Part shown: positions 1 through 9,374 of the stretch, in pieces
Layout of the letters: every line of letters begins with the position of its first letter
Position numbering within the stretch: position 1 is the stretch's first letter
From: Gemmatimonadota bacterium
GTDB lineage: Bacteria; Gemmatimonadota; Gemmatimonadetes; Gemmatimonadales; GWC2-71-9
Length of the DNA stretch: 64,000 bases
Reading direction: 5' to 3'
Assembly: GCA_036679645.1 (NCBI GenBank)
Contig: JAZDCY010000056.1
Span: forward strand, 93,820-157,819
Notes under the pieces: generated by a model
Database searches by the model: none
Told to the model about the DNA's origin: nothing
Seen by the model: the letters and a program-made list of their open reading frames with translations, nothing else
Position numbers and translations under genes: made by a program

Positions 1-2
1 TC

Positions 3-71
3 ATCACGGTCACCCGGGGTGTGCACGCGGACACAATCGTCATCAGCACATGGGGCAGGATTCTAAAGTGA
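3..71 (+). CDS. 3' end of a GspH/FimT-like pseudopilin (partial)
   Basis: Frame reads ITVTRGVHADTIVISTWGRILK*. The TGA overlaps the GTG start of the next pilin gene (GTGA), and the pilin-cluster context fits. Confidence 0.55.
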   Translation: MTVTRGVHADTIVISTWGRILK

Positions 72-415
72 AGGGCTCCGACGGATTCACACTCGTGGAG
101 GTCCTCGTCGCGATGCTGATCCTGACGATCGGGATCATTGCCCTCATCGGATCGTCTGCCCTCGTGACGCGCATGATCACCCAGGGGCAGATCTTCAGCG
201 AGGCAAGCGCGTTGGCTGCGCAGCGGATCGAGACTTTGCGGAGCGGCGGCTGCGCTGGCATGGGTAGCGGCACTGCAGTCGATGGCCCGTATGCGCTCTC
301 ATGGACCGTGGTCCCGATCGCTGACGGGAAGGTGCAACGTGTCGAGCTTACCGTAACGATGCCCACTCGCCGCGGGACGACCGACCGGGTCTTTGCCACC
401 GCTGTCCTGTGTTGA
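68..415 (+). CDS. Prepilin-type N-terminal cleavage/methylation protein (PilV-like minor pilin)
   Basis: G|FTLVEVLVAMLIL type III signal with Glu5. Start placed at GTG 68 (ATG 50 is also in frame). Confidence 0.85.
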   Translation: MKGSDGFTLVEVLVAMLILTIGIIALIGSSALVTRMITQGQIFSEASALAAQRIETLRSGGCAGMGSGTAVDGPYALSWTVVPIADGKVQRVELTVTMPTRRGTTDRVFATAVLC

Positions 416-1287
416 TACACATTGAGAACGAACGCGGGTTCACGCTCATCGAGCTCCTGATATCCCTGGTGCTGGCCTCGCTGATCGGTACGGCGATCAT
501 CAAGACACTCACTGACAGCCAGCAGCTGTACCGAGCGCAGACGGAACGCTCGAGCATGAACAGCAACACACGGATGGCGACGGCGATCCTTCCTGCCGAG
601 ATGCGCGAGCTGAGCGCGACGGACACCATTGGCGGTGACATCACGGCGATGTCGCTCACCGACATCACCTTCAAAGCCATGCGGGGCCTGTTTTTCACCT
701 GCACCGCACCGGCGGATGGAGGAGCGACGGGCACCGTCGTGCTCTGGGGTACGCGGTCATTCGGAGTGCGCACCGACATCGACGGTGCACGGGATTCGGT
801 GGTCATCTTCGTGGAGGGTGACTCCAGTACGGCGACAGACAACTACTGGTTGCACGCGGGTGTGACCGGCACCCCCGCCATTGGAACGGCGTGTCCCGGA
901 GGGGCGGCCAGCATCACGGTGAGTCTGAGCAGTGTCCGACCCATCGGCGGCCTCGGCGGGGTCACTCCCGGCGGCCCGCTGCGCAGTTTCGAGATGATCC
1001 GGATCGCCGCCTACGCCGATGCCCTCGGTGATCGGTGGCTAGGAGCGCAACTGTACAGTGCAGGCGCCTGGGGCGCGATCGAACCGATACTCGGGCCGCT
1101 CGCCCCATCAGGGCTGCAGCTCACCTACTTCAACGCCGCGGGAGCCCCGACCACCTCCGTGGACTCCGTCGCCCGAATCGGGCTCGTCGTCATCGGGCAG
1201 ACATCGATCCCCGTGCGGGGGACGGGTGGGATGCGGCGAGCCGTGGACACGCTGATCACCGCCGTCGCCCTACGGAACAATCGATGA
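409..1287 (+). CDS. PilW-like minor pilin
   Basis: ERG|FTLIELLISLVL prepilin motif, in operon order after the PilV-like gene. Confidence 0.85.
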   Translation: MLIHIENERGFTLIELLISLVLASLIGTAIIKTLTDSQQLYRAQTERSSMNSNTRMATAILPAEMRELSATDTIGGDITAMSLTDITFKAMRGLFFTCTAPADGGATGTVVLWGTRSFGVRTDIDGARDSVVIFVEGDSSTATDNYWLHAGVTGTPAIGTACPGGAASITVSLSSVRPIGGLGGVTPGGPLRSFEMIRIAAYADALGDRWLGAQLYSAGAWGAIEPILGPLAPSGLQLTYFNAAGAPTTSVDSVARIGLVVIGQTSIPVRGTGGMRRAVDTLITAVALRNNR

Positions 1288-1308
1288 GAGACGGCTAGGG
1301 GTTTTGCC

Positions 1309-2427
1309 ATGAAATCACTCCGGCAAGAACGGGGTGTCGCGCTGGTGATAGCTGTATTCGCCCTCGTGGTCATCGGGACGCTGGTGGCCGCCGCGTTCTT
1401 CATAGGTGTGCAACAGCAACGCGTCGGGCGAAACACGTTGACGTTCCAGCAGGCGCTGTCCGCGGCCGAAGAGGGCTTGACGATGCAGGTCTCCAATTGG
1501 AACAGCACCACGTACAACGCGATGGCGATCGGTGACTCCGTAACGTTCACGGGAACGCTGCCGGGAAACGCGGCCTGGTATCGCGGCACGCTCACCCGGC
1601 TGAACCCGATGCTCTACTTCATCCGATCGGAAGGGTTCAGCGCCGATAGTCTCTCGCGCCAGCACGTGGGGTTGCTGATCCGACTCCGTCCACTCGAGCT
1701 GCAGATCAACGCCGCGCTCGAGACACAGGGCAGAACGGAACTCAGCGGCAGCGCGTTCCTCGACGGCAGCGACGGGGTGCCTGCCGGTTGGACCTGCCCA
1801 CCGGCCGGACCCGCACGCCCCGGGATCCGCATGACGGACTCGACGGAGCTGATCACCCGGGGCGGCTGCAGGGGCTGGGCCTGCCTGACCGGTGATCCGA
1901 AGGTCGAGGAAGATCCGACCATCGACAGCACGTCCCTCATGACCTTTGGGGACGCCGATTTTTCCGACCTCCGACAGTTCGCCAGCAAGATCCTGCCGCC
2001 CGCGACCTATACGGGCGTCGCGCCTGTCGTGGCCGGTGGCGAGTGCGTGACGTCGGAGATCAAGAACTGGGGAGAACCGCTGGCGCCCGGTTCCCCCTGT
2101 GCGGACTATTTCCCGTTCCTCTATGCCGACGGCAGTATCTCGGTCAACGGCGTTAGGGGCCAGGGCGTGTTGGTAGTGGCAGGCGACCTCAACGTGCAAG
2201 GCGGGTTCGAGTTCTTCGGGCCCGTCATAATACTGGGGCGGCTTTCCACGCAGGGAATCGGCGGCCACTTCACGGGGGGAGTCATTGCGGGAAACGTGTC
2301 TCTCGATCGGAACCAGATCGCTGGCGCCGCCAGCGCCGCCTACTCGAGCTGCGCGCTGGCCAGGGCGCTCATCGGATCGGCGGTCGCCCGCCCTCTCGAC
2401 GAGCGAAGCTGGGCAAACCTCTACTAG
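1309..2427 (+). CDS. PilX-like minor pilin
   Basis: ERG|VALVIAVFALVV lacks Glu5 as PilX/GspK do, followed by a QQALSAAEEG helix. Confidence 0.8.
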   Translation: MKSLRQERGVALVIAVFALVVIGTLVAAAFFIGVQQQRVGRNTLTFQQALSAAEEGLTMQVSNWNSTTYNAMAIGDSVTFTGTLPGNAAWYRGTLTRLNPMLYFIRSEGFSADSLSRQHVGLLIRLRPLELQINAALETQGRTELSGSAFLDGSDGVPAGWTCPPAGPARPGIRMTDSTELITRGGCRGWACLTGDPKVEEDPTIDSTSLMTFGDADFSDLRQFASKILPPATYTGVAPVVAGGECVTSEIKNWGEPLAPGSPCADYFPFLYADGSISVNGVRGQGVLVVAGDLNVQGGFEFFGPVIILGRLSTQGIGGHFTGGVIAGNVSLDRNQIAGAASAAYSSCALARALIGSAVARPLDERSWANLY

Positions 2428-2492
2428 CGTGCTCGACCAAGCGTTTCTGACCCAGATGGACAGTTCGGGAGGTGGCGCCTAGCTTCGCCCTT

Positions 2493-3350
2493 ATGGATGC
2501 ACCCCACCTCATCATCTCGAACCCGCCGCATGACGCGGGGGATCTGCGACCGGTAGCCCCCTGCTTCGGCCTCAGCGTGGCCGAAGTCAGGATGAAAACG
2601 AACTACCGGGTGCCGGAGATCTGGTTCGCGGAAAGAGATCCGCACGAGGTCGAGCCGATCAACGCACTGCTCACCGAAGCCGGCCTAAAGACCGTCGTCC
2701 GGACACAGATGGACCTCGCCCAAGTTCCGCCGCAAACCCAGGTCGAGTCCTTTTCGTTTGCCGAGACGGGTTTGGTTGCTCGTTGGGACGATAGCGAAGT
2801 GACCATACCATACGACGCCGAAACTATCGCCGTGTTCTGCCAGCCGGGTGGAGATGTCGCGGAATCGGAGTCGAGCGGCCGCGGTCTCTCGGCACGGTTG
2901 TCTCACGGCAGCGCCTACACCGGCACACACGGCCGATCCAGCCTGTCGTCGCTCGCGTCACAACTCTCCGCGACGCATAGCTCGACCTTTCTGGATCTTT
3001 ACGTGGCCCTCGACGGTGATTTGCAGCGAATCTCGTTCGTCGAGGCGACGGTCGACTTCGCGGGGTTGCACATGCGGCTCCCGCGAGCGACGGACAACAT
3101 GGTGATGTTCGTTGCCGAATGCGAAGATCGGTTTACCAACGCCCAGTTTGACCGACGCCTCGTTGGCATGCTGCTACGCAAGCGGCGGACGGCACCCACG
3201 CAGCCGCCGCCACAAACGTCTGGGCAACGGCGCCGTCTCTCTTTTGCCACGCCGGCGTTGACCGATCTGCTCGAGAAGGTCTCGGATGATTTGAAGGACG
3301 CGTCTCAGCCGGATTTCTCGTCCCGACTGGTCTATCTGACGAAGCGGTAG
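2493..3350 (+). CDS. Hypothetical protein
   Basis: Long ORF with protein-like composition filling the gap. No family recognised. Start uncertain (2472 GTG or 2493 ATG). Confidence 0.6.
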   Translation: MDAPHLIISNPPHDAGDLRPVAPCFGLSVAEVRMKTNYRVPEIWFAERDPHEVEPINALLTEAGLKTVVRTQMDLAQVPPQTQVESFSFAETGLVARWDDSEVTIPYDAETIAVFCQPGGDVAESESSGRGLSARLSHGSAYTGTHGRSSLSSLASQLSATHSSTFLDLYVALDGDLQRISFVEATVDFAGLHMRLPRATDNMVMFVAECEDRFTNAQFDRRLVGMLLRKRRTAPTQPPPQTSGQRRRLSFATPALTDLLEKVSDDLKDASQPDFSSRLVYLTKR

Positions 3351-3363
3351 AGGCATTTGATCG

Positions 3364-3404
3364 CGGCTAAAGCCGCGGCTCGGCTGGTGTCACTAAAGTG
3401 ACGT
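3364..3404. repeat. Left 41-bp palindromic inverted repeat (REP-like)
   Basis: cggctaaagccgcggctcggctggtgtcactaaagtgacgt matches the reverse complement of 3852-3892 at 36/41 positions and contains two internal hairpins. Confidence 0.85.
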
Positions 3405-3457
3405 TAGGGCGGTGGAATGATGATGGTCGCGCGCGGCCGGGATCGCATCCTACACGT

Positions 3458-3889
3458 ATGCGTGACCGGATCTTCGTGCACATCGCGTGGACCACCCGAG
3501 ATCGAGAGCGGACGATGGATCGGCGTGTGGCGGCGTTCCTCGTCGAGGCACTGCCGATCATCGCGAGACAGGAACGCGCGGTCATCCTCGAGATCGGGAT
3601 AGTCCGGACCCACCTCCACCTACTCGTTCGACTACATCCAACAACGACGATACCCCGCTTGATGCAGCGGATGAAGGGCGGTACGTCGATTGTGGCCAAC
3701 CGGGACGGGATCGCCACGCGCGAGCTGCGTTGGGCCAAGGGCTACAACATCGACTCGGTCAATCCACGAGGCCTCGAGACGGTCCGTCTCTATATCCGCA
3801 ACCAGGCCCTGCGTCACCCCGACGAGGCAATCCCTGACTGGAGCCCCCCACACGTCGCTTCAGCGACATCAGCCGAGTCGCGGCTTTAG
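3458..3889 (+). mobile_element. tnpA: IS200/IS605-family Y1 (HUH) transposase, RAYT-like
   Basis: HIAWTTRDR, HUH motif THLHLL, MQRMKGGTS, W-AKGY and catalytic-Tyr helix YIRNQ..H. Flanked by palindromic inverted repeats. Confidence 0.85.
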
Positions 3890-3892
3890 CCG
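3852..3892. repeat. Right 41-bp palindromic inverted repeat (REP-like)
   Basis: acgtcgcttcagcgacatcagccgagtcgcggctttagccg, the inverted partner of 3364-3404. Overlaps the tnpA stop. Confidence 0.85.
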
Positions 3893-3932
3893 TGGAAACC
3901 CGGCGGCGAAAACCCTATCTTCTTCCGGACCC

Positions 3933-6539
3933 GTGACCTCCACCGACCGTCTCAAGACCGCCCTCGCCAACCGCTACAAGATTGAGCGGGAGATCGGCAG
4001 TGGCGGCATGGCGACGGTCTACCTCGCCGAGGACCTGAAGCATCACCGTCAGGTGGCGGTGAAGGTGTTGCGCCCCGATCTCGCCGCCACGCTCGGCCCC
4101 GAGCGGTTCATTCGCGAGATCGAGACGGCCGCGCGACTCGAGCACCCGCACATCCTGACACTCATCGACTCGGGTGAGGCGGACGGATTTCTCTTCTTCG
4201 TCATGCCGTTCGTCCGGGGCGAGTCGCTGCGCGAGAAGTTGAACCACGGTGAACTCCCCATTAGCGAGGCCGTGCGCATTCTCCGGGACGTGGCCGATGC
4301 CCTGGCCTACGCGCACGGCGAGGGCCTCATCCACCGCGATGTGAAACCCGACAACGTGCTGCTTTCCGGTCATCACGCAGTCATCACAGATTTCGGCGTA
4401 GCCAAGGCCGTGAGCGAGGCAACGGGACGCCAGCATATCACGACCGCGGGCGTGGCACTTGGGACGCCTACGTACATGGCACCGGAACAAGCGTCTGCCG
4501 ACCCCAACGTCGACCATCGTGCCGATATCTACGCCCTCGGGTTGCTCGCCTATGAGATGCTGACAGGTAGCCCGCCGTTTACAGGACCGACGCAGCAGGC
4601 CGTGCTGGCGGCGCACATCACGCAAGCGCCGGCGCCGGTGACCGATATGCGCGAGGCCATTCCTGCTGCGCTGGCCGAGTTGGTGATGAAGTGCCTCGAG
4701 AAGAAGCCCGCCGATCGCTGGCAGCGCGCGGAGGACATTCTCACCCGGCTCGATGTGGCGGCTACGCCCAGCATGGGCGTCACGCCCACGGATACGCGAC
4801 CCATCCAGGCCATGCCCGCTGGGCGCACCCGGAGAAACGCCGCCATTCTGGGGGGCGCGGTCGTCGTCGCGGCCGTGGCGGTCGGGGTGATCCTGCTTCC
4901 GGACGGCGGCTCCCCGTTGGTGCAGGACCGCGTCGTCGTCGGCCTATTCGAGAACGAAACCGGTGACGCGGCGCTCGACCCGATCGGGAAGATGGCGGCC
5001 GACTGGATCACGCAGGGACTCCAGCGGACGGGGTCTGTCGATGTGATCGCATCCCCGACGGCGCTCCAGGCATCGAACTACGTGCGCGCCGAGTTGGAGG
5101 CGGGACGCGTGGCCGATCCCGTCGAAGCATTGGCGCGCGAAACGCGGGCAGGAATGGTCGTCTCAGGCACCTACTATCGGGACGGTAACAACATCCGTCT
5201 CCAAGTGCAGATCACAGACGCCGCGCGCGGGAAGTTGATCGGCACGCTCGACCCCGTGATCCGCCACCAAGACTCCGTAACCAGCGGCATCGAGGCGGTA
5301 CGCGAGCGTGTCATGGGACTGCTGGCCGTCACCTTGGACGAACGGATCGCCGGTGGGGCCGTGGCGACGGCTCGCCCCCCAACATTCGAAGCGTACCGCG
5401 CGTTCAACGATGGGCTCGAGCGGTACCTCGCGAACAGCAGTGACTCTAGCGCCGCGGCCGCGTTCCACCTCGCGTTCGAGCGGGACACCTCGTTCCTCGT
5501 ACCGCTGATCTACGCGGCGCTAGTAGAGCGCAACGCCGGCAGGTACGACGAAATGGATGCGACGACCCGCATCCTCGAGGCGCGTCGCGCCGAGTTGTCC
5601 GACTACCATCAGGCGTGGGTGGATTACAACCGCGCGCGTGTCGACGGAGACAATGAAGCGGCGTATCGCCATATCCGAAGGGCTGCCCAGCTCGCGCCGG
5701 GGTCGAAATCCGTTTACAACACGGCGTTCATTGCCGTGGAGACCAACAGGCCACGGGCCGCACTAGAACGACTCGCACAGCTGGATCCGGAGCGCGCCCC
5801 AATGCGCGGGTGGAGGGACTACTGGCAGGTATTTACCGGGGCAAACCATTTGGTGGGAGAGTTCTCAGCCGAGCTAGAGGCAGCGCGGCGCGGCAAAATA
5901 CAGTATCTCGACGCACCCGTTTTTCTGTACTCGGAACTCGTCGCGCTCGCAGCACTCGGGCAACTCGACACGCTCTTGGCACTCATGCCGGAGGCGGCGG
6001 CGAGCACGTCACCCGCCGAGTGGGCGGAACGGCTGAACGGCGTCGTCAACGAAGTTGCTGCCCACCAGCCTGACCGTGCGGGGCCCATGGTGGATAGCGC
6101 CGTTGCCTGGTTTGAGCGCAGGCCGGAACGCGAGCGCTCGGAGCAGTGGTACCGCAACCAGTACCAATTGGCGCTGGCGCGTGCGGGCCGGCTCGAAGAG
6201 AGCAAGGCGATCCTCCAGGACCTCGCGCGGGAGTACCCCGACCAATGGAGTCTGCGCGCGAATCTGGGCGTCCTCACAGCGCACATGGGCGGCCGCGCTG
6301 CAGCGGAGGACCTGTCCGACTGGCTCGCGCAACTCGACCTGCCGCACCTGCGCGGCGCGCACACCGCATGGCGCGCGAGAATCGCGGCGTATCTGGACCA
6401 ACCGGAGGTCGCAGTTCAACTGCTGCGTCAGTCAATTCGCGAGGGGCAGTCCTATTTGTGGATGCACCGCGATCCCGCCTTCGTGGAAGGACTCGCCAAT
6501 TACACTCCTTTTCAGGAGTTGTTGCGACCAAAGGGGTAG
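3933..6539 (+). CDS. Ser/Thr protein kinase with TM segment, TolB_N-like domain and TPR-like C-terminus
   Basis: GSGGMATVY, VAVK, HRDVKPDN, DFGVAK, GTPTYMAPE; hydrophobic AILGGAVVVAAVAVGVILL; helical repeats. Start reassigned to GTG 3933. Confidence 0.9.
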   Translation: MTSTDRLKTALANRYKIEREIGSGGMATVYLAEDLKHHRQVAVKVLRPDLAATLGPERFIREIETAARLEHPHILTLIDSGEADGFLFFVMPFVRGESLREKLNHGELPISEAVRILRDVADALAYAHGEGLIHRDVKPDNVLLSGHHAVITDFGVAKAVSEATGRQHITTAGVALGTPTYMAPEQASADPNVDHRADIYALGLLAYEMLTGSPPFTGPTQQAVLAAHITQAPAPVTDMREAIPAALAELVMKCLEKKPADRWQRAEDILTRLDVAATPSMGVTPTDTRPIQAMPAGRTRRNAAILGGAVVVAAVAVGVILLPDGGSPLVQDRVVVGLFENETGDAALDPIGKMAADWITQGLQRTGSVDVIASPTALQASNYVRAELEAGRVADPVEALARETRAGMVVSGTYYRDGNNIRLQVQITDAARGKLIGTLDPVIRHQDSVTSGIEAVRERVMGLLAVTLDERIAGGAVATARPPTFEAYRAFNDGLERYLANSSDSSAAAAFHLAFERDTSFLVPLIYAALVERNAGRYDEMDATTRILEARRAELSDYHQAWVDYNRARVDGDNEAAYRHIRRAAQLAPGSKSVYNTAFIAVETNRPRAALERLAQLDPERAPMRGWRDYWQVFTGANHLVGEFSAELEAARRGKIQYLDAPVFLYSELVALAALGQLDTLLALMPEAAASTSPAEWAERLNGVVNEVAAHQPDRAGPMVDSAVAWFERRPERERSEQWYRNQYQLALARAGRLEESKAILQDLAREYPDQWSLRANLGVLTAHMGGRAAAEDLSDWLAQLDLPHLRGAHTAWRARIAAYLDQPEVAVQLLRQSIREGQSYLWMHRDPAFVEGLANYTPFQELLRPKG

Positions 6540-6559
6540 CTGGAAACGCGTCTGTGCTC

Positions 6560-7084
6560 CTACTGAAACCTCCTCACATTCCTCCCCCCCGAACCCCTAC
6601 CCAGCTTCTCCTCCAGCGTCACCAACCGCGCCCGCGGCGGGATACCCGGCTCCAGCTCCATGAGGCCGATAGACGGCAACGCCTTGAGTCGCGACCGGCC
6701 CGACGCACCGGGGTTCATGACCGTCACCGTATCGTCCAGGAACTCCAGCACCGGCTCGTGCGTGTGGCCGTAGACCAGGATGTCGGCTTCGGGAAACTCG
6801 CGACGCAACGTATCGGGATCGAGCTGGCCAAACTGATCGCCGTGCGTGACCGTGATGTAGCAACCGTCCAGCTCCAGCTTGGCAATCCGCGGACAGCGGT
6901 CGCGAACGTCGAATCCGTCGGTATTGCCGTAAACAGCCGTGACGGGCGCGATCGTTTCCAATTCCGCGAGCAACTCGGCCGGCCCTATGTCGCCGGCATG
7001 CAGGATATGATCCACTTCCTCGAACATCTCGAAGATGCCGGGACGCAGCACACCGTGCGTGTCGGCGAGGATACCTAAGCGCAT
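6560..7084 (-). CDS. YfcE/MJ0936-family metallophosphoesterase
   Basis: ADTHG, HAGD, GNTD, THG, GHTH and NPG motifs. Confidence 0.9.
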   Translation of the reverse strand: MRLGILADTHGVLRPGIFEMFEEVDHILHAGDIGPAELLAELETIAPVTAVYGNTDGFDVRDRCPRIAKLELDGCYITVTHGDQFGQLDPDTLRREFPEADILVYGHTHEPVLEFLDDTVTVMNPGASGRSRLKALPSIGLMELEPGIPPRARLVTLEEKLGRGSGGRNVRRFQ

Positions 7085-7266
7085 CCCGTCACTGACCTCG
7101 GCGGTTGGGTGTTGGTGTTTGGTGCGGATGCGTCGGCGGCTTCTTGGGCGACGGCCGCCGCACCCGCTGAGGGCGGGACTTCTTCACGGGCCCGGTCTTG
7201 GTCGACCCTGCCCTCTCCCCCCCACCCACCACTACGCGTCTAGGCGTCTTCGCGTCCCCCTGTCAA

Positions 7267-7354
7267 CTGAGCATCTGAGCACCTGAGCACCTGAGCACCT
7301 GAGCGTCTGAGCACCTGAGCGTCTGAGCAGCTGAGCGCCTGAGCACCTGAGCGT
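7267..7354. repeat. Tandem octamer repeat (CTGAGCRN) x11
   Basis: Eleven contiguous 8-mers ctgagc(at/ac/gt/ag/gc) abutting the ubiE stop codon. Confidence 0.95.
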
Positions 7355-8074
7355 CTACACGGCACCCCAGTGCACCGCCACGATCCCCATCGTCAGCCGC
7401 TCGTACCCCACATCCTGAAACCCCGTATCCTCCATCAATCTCGCCAGATCGTCCGGCGCGGGAAAGCGCAACACGGACTGTGGCAGATACGTATAGGCTT
7501 CTCTATGTTTCGACACGATTCGTCCGATCAGCGGAAGCACGCGCCGGAAGTAGAAGAGGTAGACCGGACGGATCGGCCACGCGCTGGGCGTCGTGAACTC
7601 GAGAATGACGGCTCGCGCGCCTGGTTGCAACACCCGCCGCAGCTCTGTGAACCCCGACCGGAGGTCGACGAGATTCCGCACGCCGAATCCGACGGTCACT
7701 CCGGCGAACGACGCATCCGGAAACGGGAGCTGCAGCGTGTCGGCACCAACCGGCTCCAAGCCCGGTACCTTGCCTCGACCCAGCTGCAGCATAGGGACGA
7801 CAAAGTCGGCGCCCACCACCCGACCGCTGAAGCCATCGCGTCGCGCCAGCTCGGCCGCGAGATCGAGTGTCCCCGCGCACGCGTCGAGATAGGTGCCGTC
7901 CGGCACACGCTCCCAGCCCAGCCGATCGACCGCGCGGCGGCGCCATCTCTTGTCGACGTTGAGGCTCAGGAGATGGTTGAGCAGGTCGTACCGCGGAGCG
8001 ATGGCGGTGAACATGTTCCGCACGTACGAACGCCTCTCGGCCGGCGGCAGCGGGGTCTCCACGGCAGGCGTCAT
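7355..8074 (-). CDS. ubiE: Ubiquinone/menaquinone biosynthesis C-methyltransferase
   Basis: MFTAIAPRYDLLNHLLS, LDACAGTLD, GFGVRN, ILEF and AYTYLPQSV motifs. Confidence 0.92.
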   Translation of the reverse strand: MTPAVETPLPPAERRSYVRNMFTAIAPRYDLLNHLLSLNVDKRWRRRAVDRLGWERVPDGTYLDACAGTLDLAAELARRDGFSGRVVGADFVVPMLQLGRGKVPGLEPVGADTLQLPFPDASFAGVTVGFGVRNLVDLRSGFTELRRVLQPGARAVILEFTTPSAWPIRPVYLFYFRRVLPLIGRIVSKHREAYTYLPQSVLRFPAPDDLARLMEDTGFQDVGYERLTMGIVAVHWGAV

Positions 8075-8115
8075 GGGGCGGAAAGATACGAACCGCACCG
8101 CGCACGTATCAACCG

Positions 8116-8721
8116 GTGACCACGCCGCTCCCGGAGCTCATCGAAGCCAGCGACCGCGACATCGTCATCGCGGCCCAGGAAGGCCGCGAGTCGGCATTCC
8201 GCGAGCTGATCCGGCGCTACCAGCGGCCCGTATTCTCGCTCATCTATCGCATGGTCCGGGACCGGGAGCTGGCCGAAGATCTGGCGCAGGAGACGTTCAT
8301 CAAGGTCCTAAACGCGGTCGATTCCTACCGGCCGGAACACAAATTCTCATCGTGGATATTCAAGATCGCGAACAACGCGGCTATCGATCAGCTGCGGCGC
8401 CGCCAGCTCGATACGCTCTCGCTCGAGGGCGCTCCCGATGCAATCACGCAGGAACGGCAGGCGGCGACCGCCCTTCAGCTCAGCTCGGGTGGTGAATCCC
8501 CGCTGGACGAGCTGGAAGCGCGGGAGCTGGGATCGCAGATCGAAGCGGCGATAGCCCGGCTGAGACCGGAATACCGGGCATGTATCATCCTGCGACATGT
8601 CGAAGGGCGCCCTTACGATGAGATCGCCGAGACGCTAGGACTTCCTCTCGGCACGGTGAAGACCTACATCCACCGAGCCCGGGGAGAGCTGCGCGAATAC
8701 CTCGACCCGCTGCGCGAGTGA
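8116..8721 (+). CDS. ECF sigma-70 factor (SigW/RpoE-like)
   Basis: Region 2 AEDLAQETFIK..FSSWIFKIANN; region 4 YDEIAETLGLPLGTVKTYIHRAR. Confidence 0.93.
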   Translation: MTTPLPELIEASDRDIVIAAQEGRESAFRELIRRYQRPVFSLIYRMVRDRELAEDLAQETFIKVLNAVDSYRPEHKFSSWIFKIANNAAIDQLRRRQLDTLSLEGAPDAITQERQAATALQLSSGGESPLDELEARELGSQIEAAIARLRPEYRACIILRHVEGRPYDEIAETLGLPLGTVKTYIHRARGELREYLDPLRE

Positions 8722-8816
8722 CGGCCGCCGATGCCATCATCGAACCCGGATTTGTTGCAGAGAGGGACAAAGCATACAGAGGGGAATGTGACAGAAATCA
8801 CCCGCGGGAAACCTGT

Positions 8817-8842
8817 TGAAACCTCACGATCGGGACACCGTA
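8817..8842 (+). promoter_or_regulatory. Putative ECF (SigW-type) promoter TGAAAC-N16-CGTA
   Basis: tgaaac ctcacgatcgggacac cgta matches the SigW consensus and lies 13 nt before ATG 8856. Confidence 0.65.
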
Positions 8843-8855
8843 ATGGGGGGCAGAT

Positions 8856-9374
8856 ATGAACGACGATACTCGACATCCGACACCGCCCGGCGATACGCCG
8901 GCGCTGGACAGACTGCTGGCCGGCCTGGGGCGGCTGAGCCCCGGACGCGGCTTCGAGCAGAAGGTGCTGGCGCTCGTCCGCATCCCGCTGCCCAAATGGG
9001 CCTGGCGAATCCGTGAGACGTTTCGCGGGCTCACCTCAGGTCCTCGGGGCTGGGTCATTCTGGGAACGCTGTCGCTGGCAACCGCGACGGCGTGGTTCGG
9101 CACTGCGGCTTTTGCCTTCCGGTTTCGCCATGACGCGGAGCCGTACGTAAGCAGAGGCAGTGACATCCTCACAAGAATCGTCGAGCCGGTCTGGGGCGAG
9201 ATGCTCGCCCTTGGTGCGGCTCAGCGTGATGCCTTTGGCAACTCCGTCACGAACGCGTTCGGGGGATTGGGAGTCTCCTGGCCGGTGCTCGCAATCGGCT
9301 ACGGCGTGCTCGTCGTGGTCAGCGCGATCGGCCTCAGGCTCCTCATGAACCGGCACGCCAAGGTGGATGGTTAA
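8856..9374 (+). CDS. Membrane protein, putative anti-sigma factor
   Basis: Directly downstream of the ECF sigma. L..LSPGRGFEQKVL motif and two TM segments. Confidence 0.6.
   Translation: MNDDTRHPTPPGDTPALDRLLAGLGRLSPGRGFEQKVLALVRIPLPKWAWRIRETFRGLTSGPRGWVILGTLSLATATAWFGTAAFAFRFRHDAEPYVSRGSDILTRIVEPVWGEMLALGAAQRDAFGNSVTNAFGGLGVSWPVLAIGYGVLVVVSAIGLRLLMNRHAKVDG

Noticed and set aside
3364..3892. IS605/IscB element with omega-RNA
   Set aside because: The GGCTAAAGCC hairpin resembles such ends, but no TnpB/IscB ORF or room for a guide RNA lies between the repeats.
3690..3932. N-terminal extension of the kinase ORF
   Set aside because: It overlaps the transposase and right repeat. Family homology starts at GTG 3933.
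7267..7354. CRISPR array (also considered 31847-31922)
   Set aside because: Units are 7-8 bp with no spacers, and no cas genes are present.
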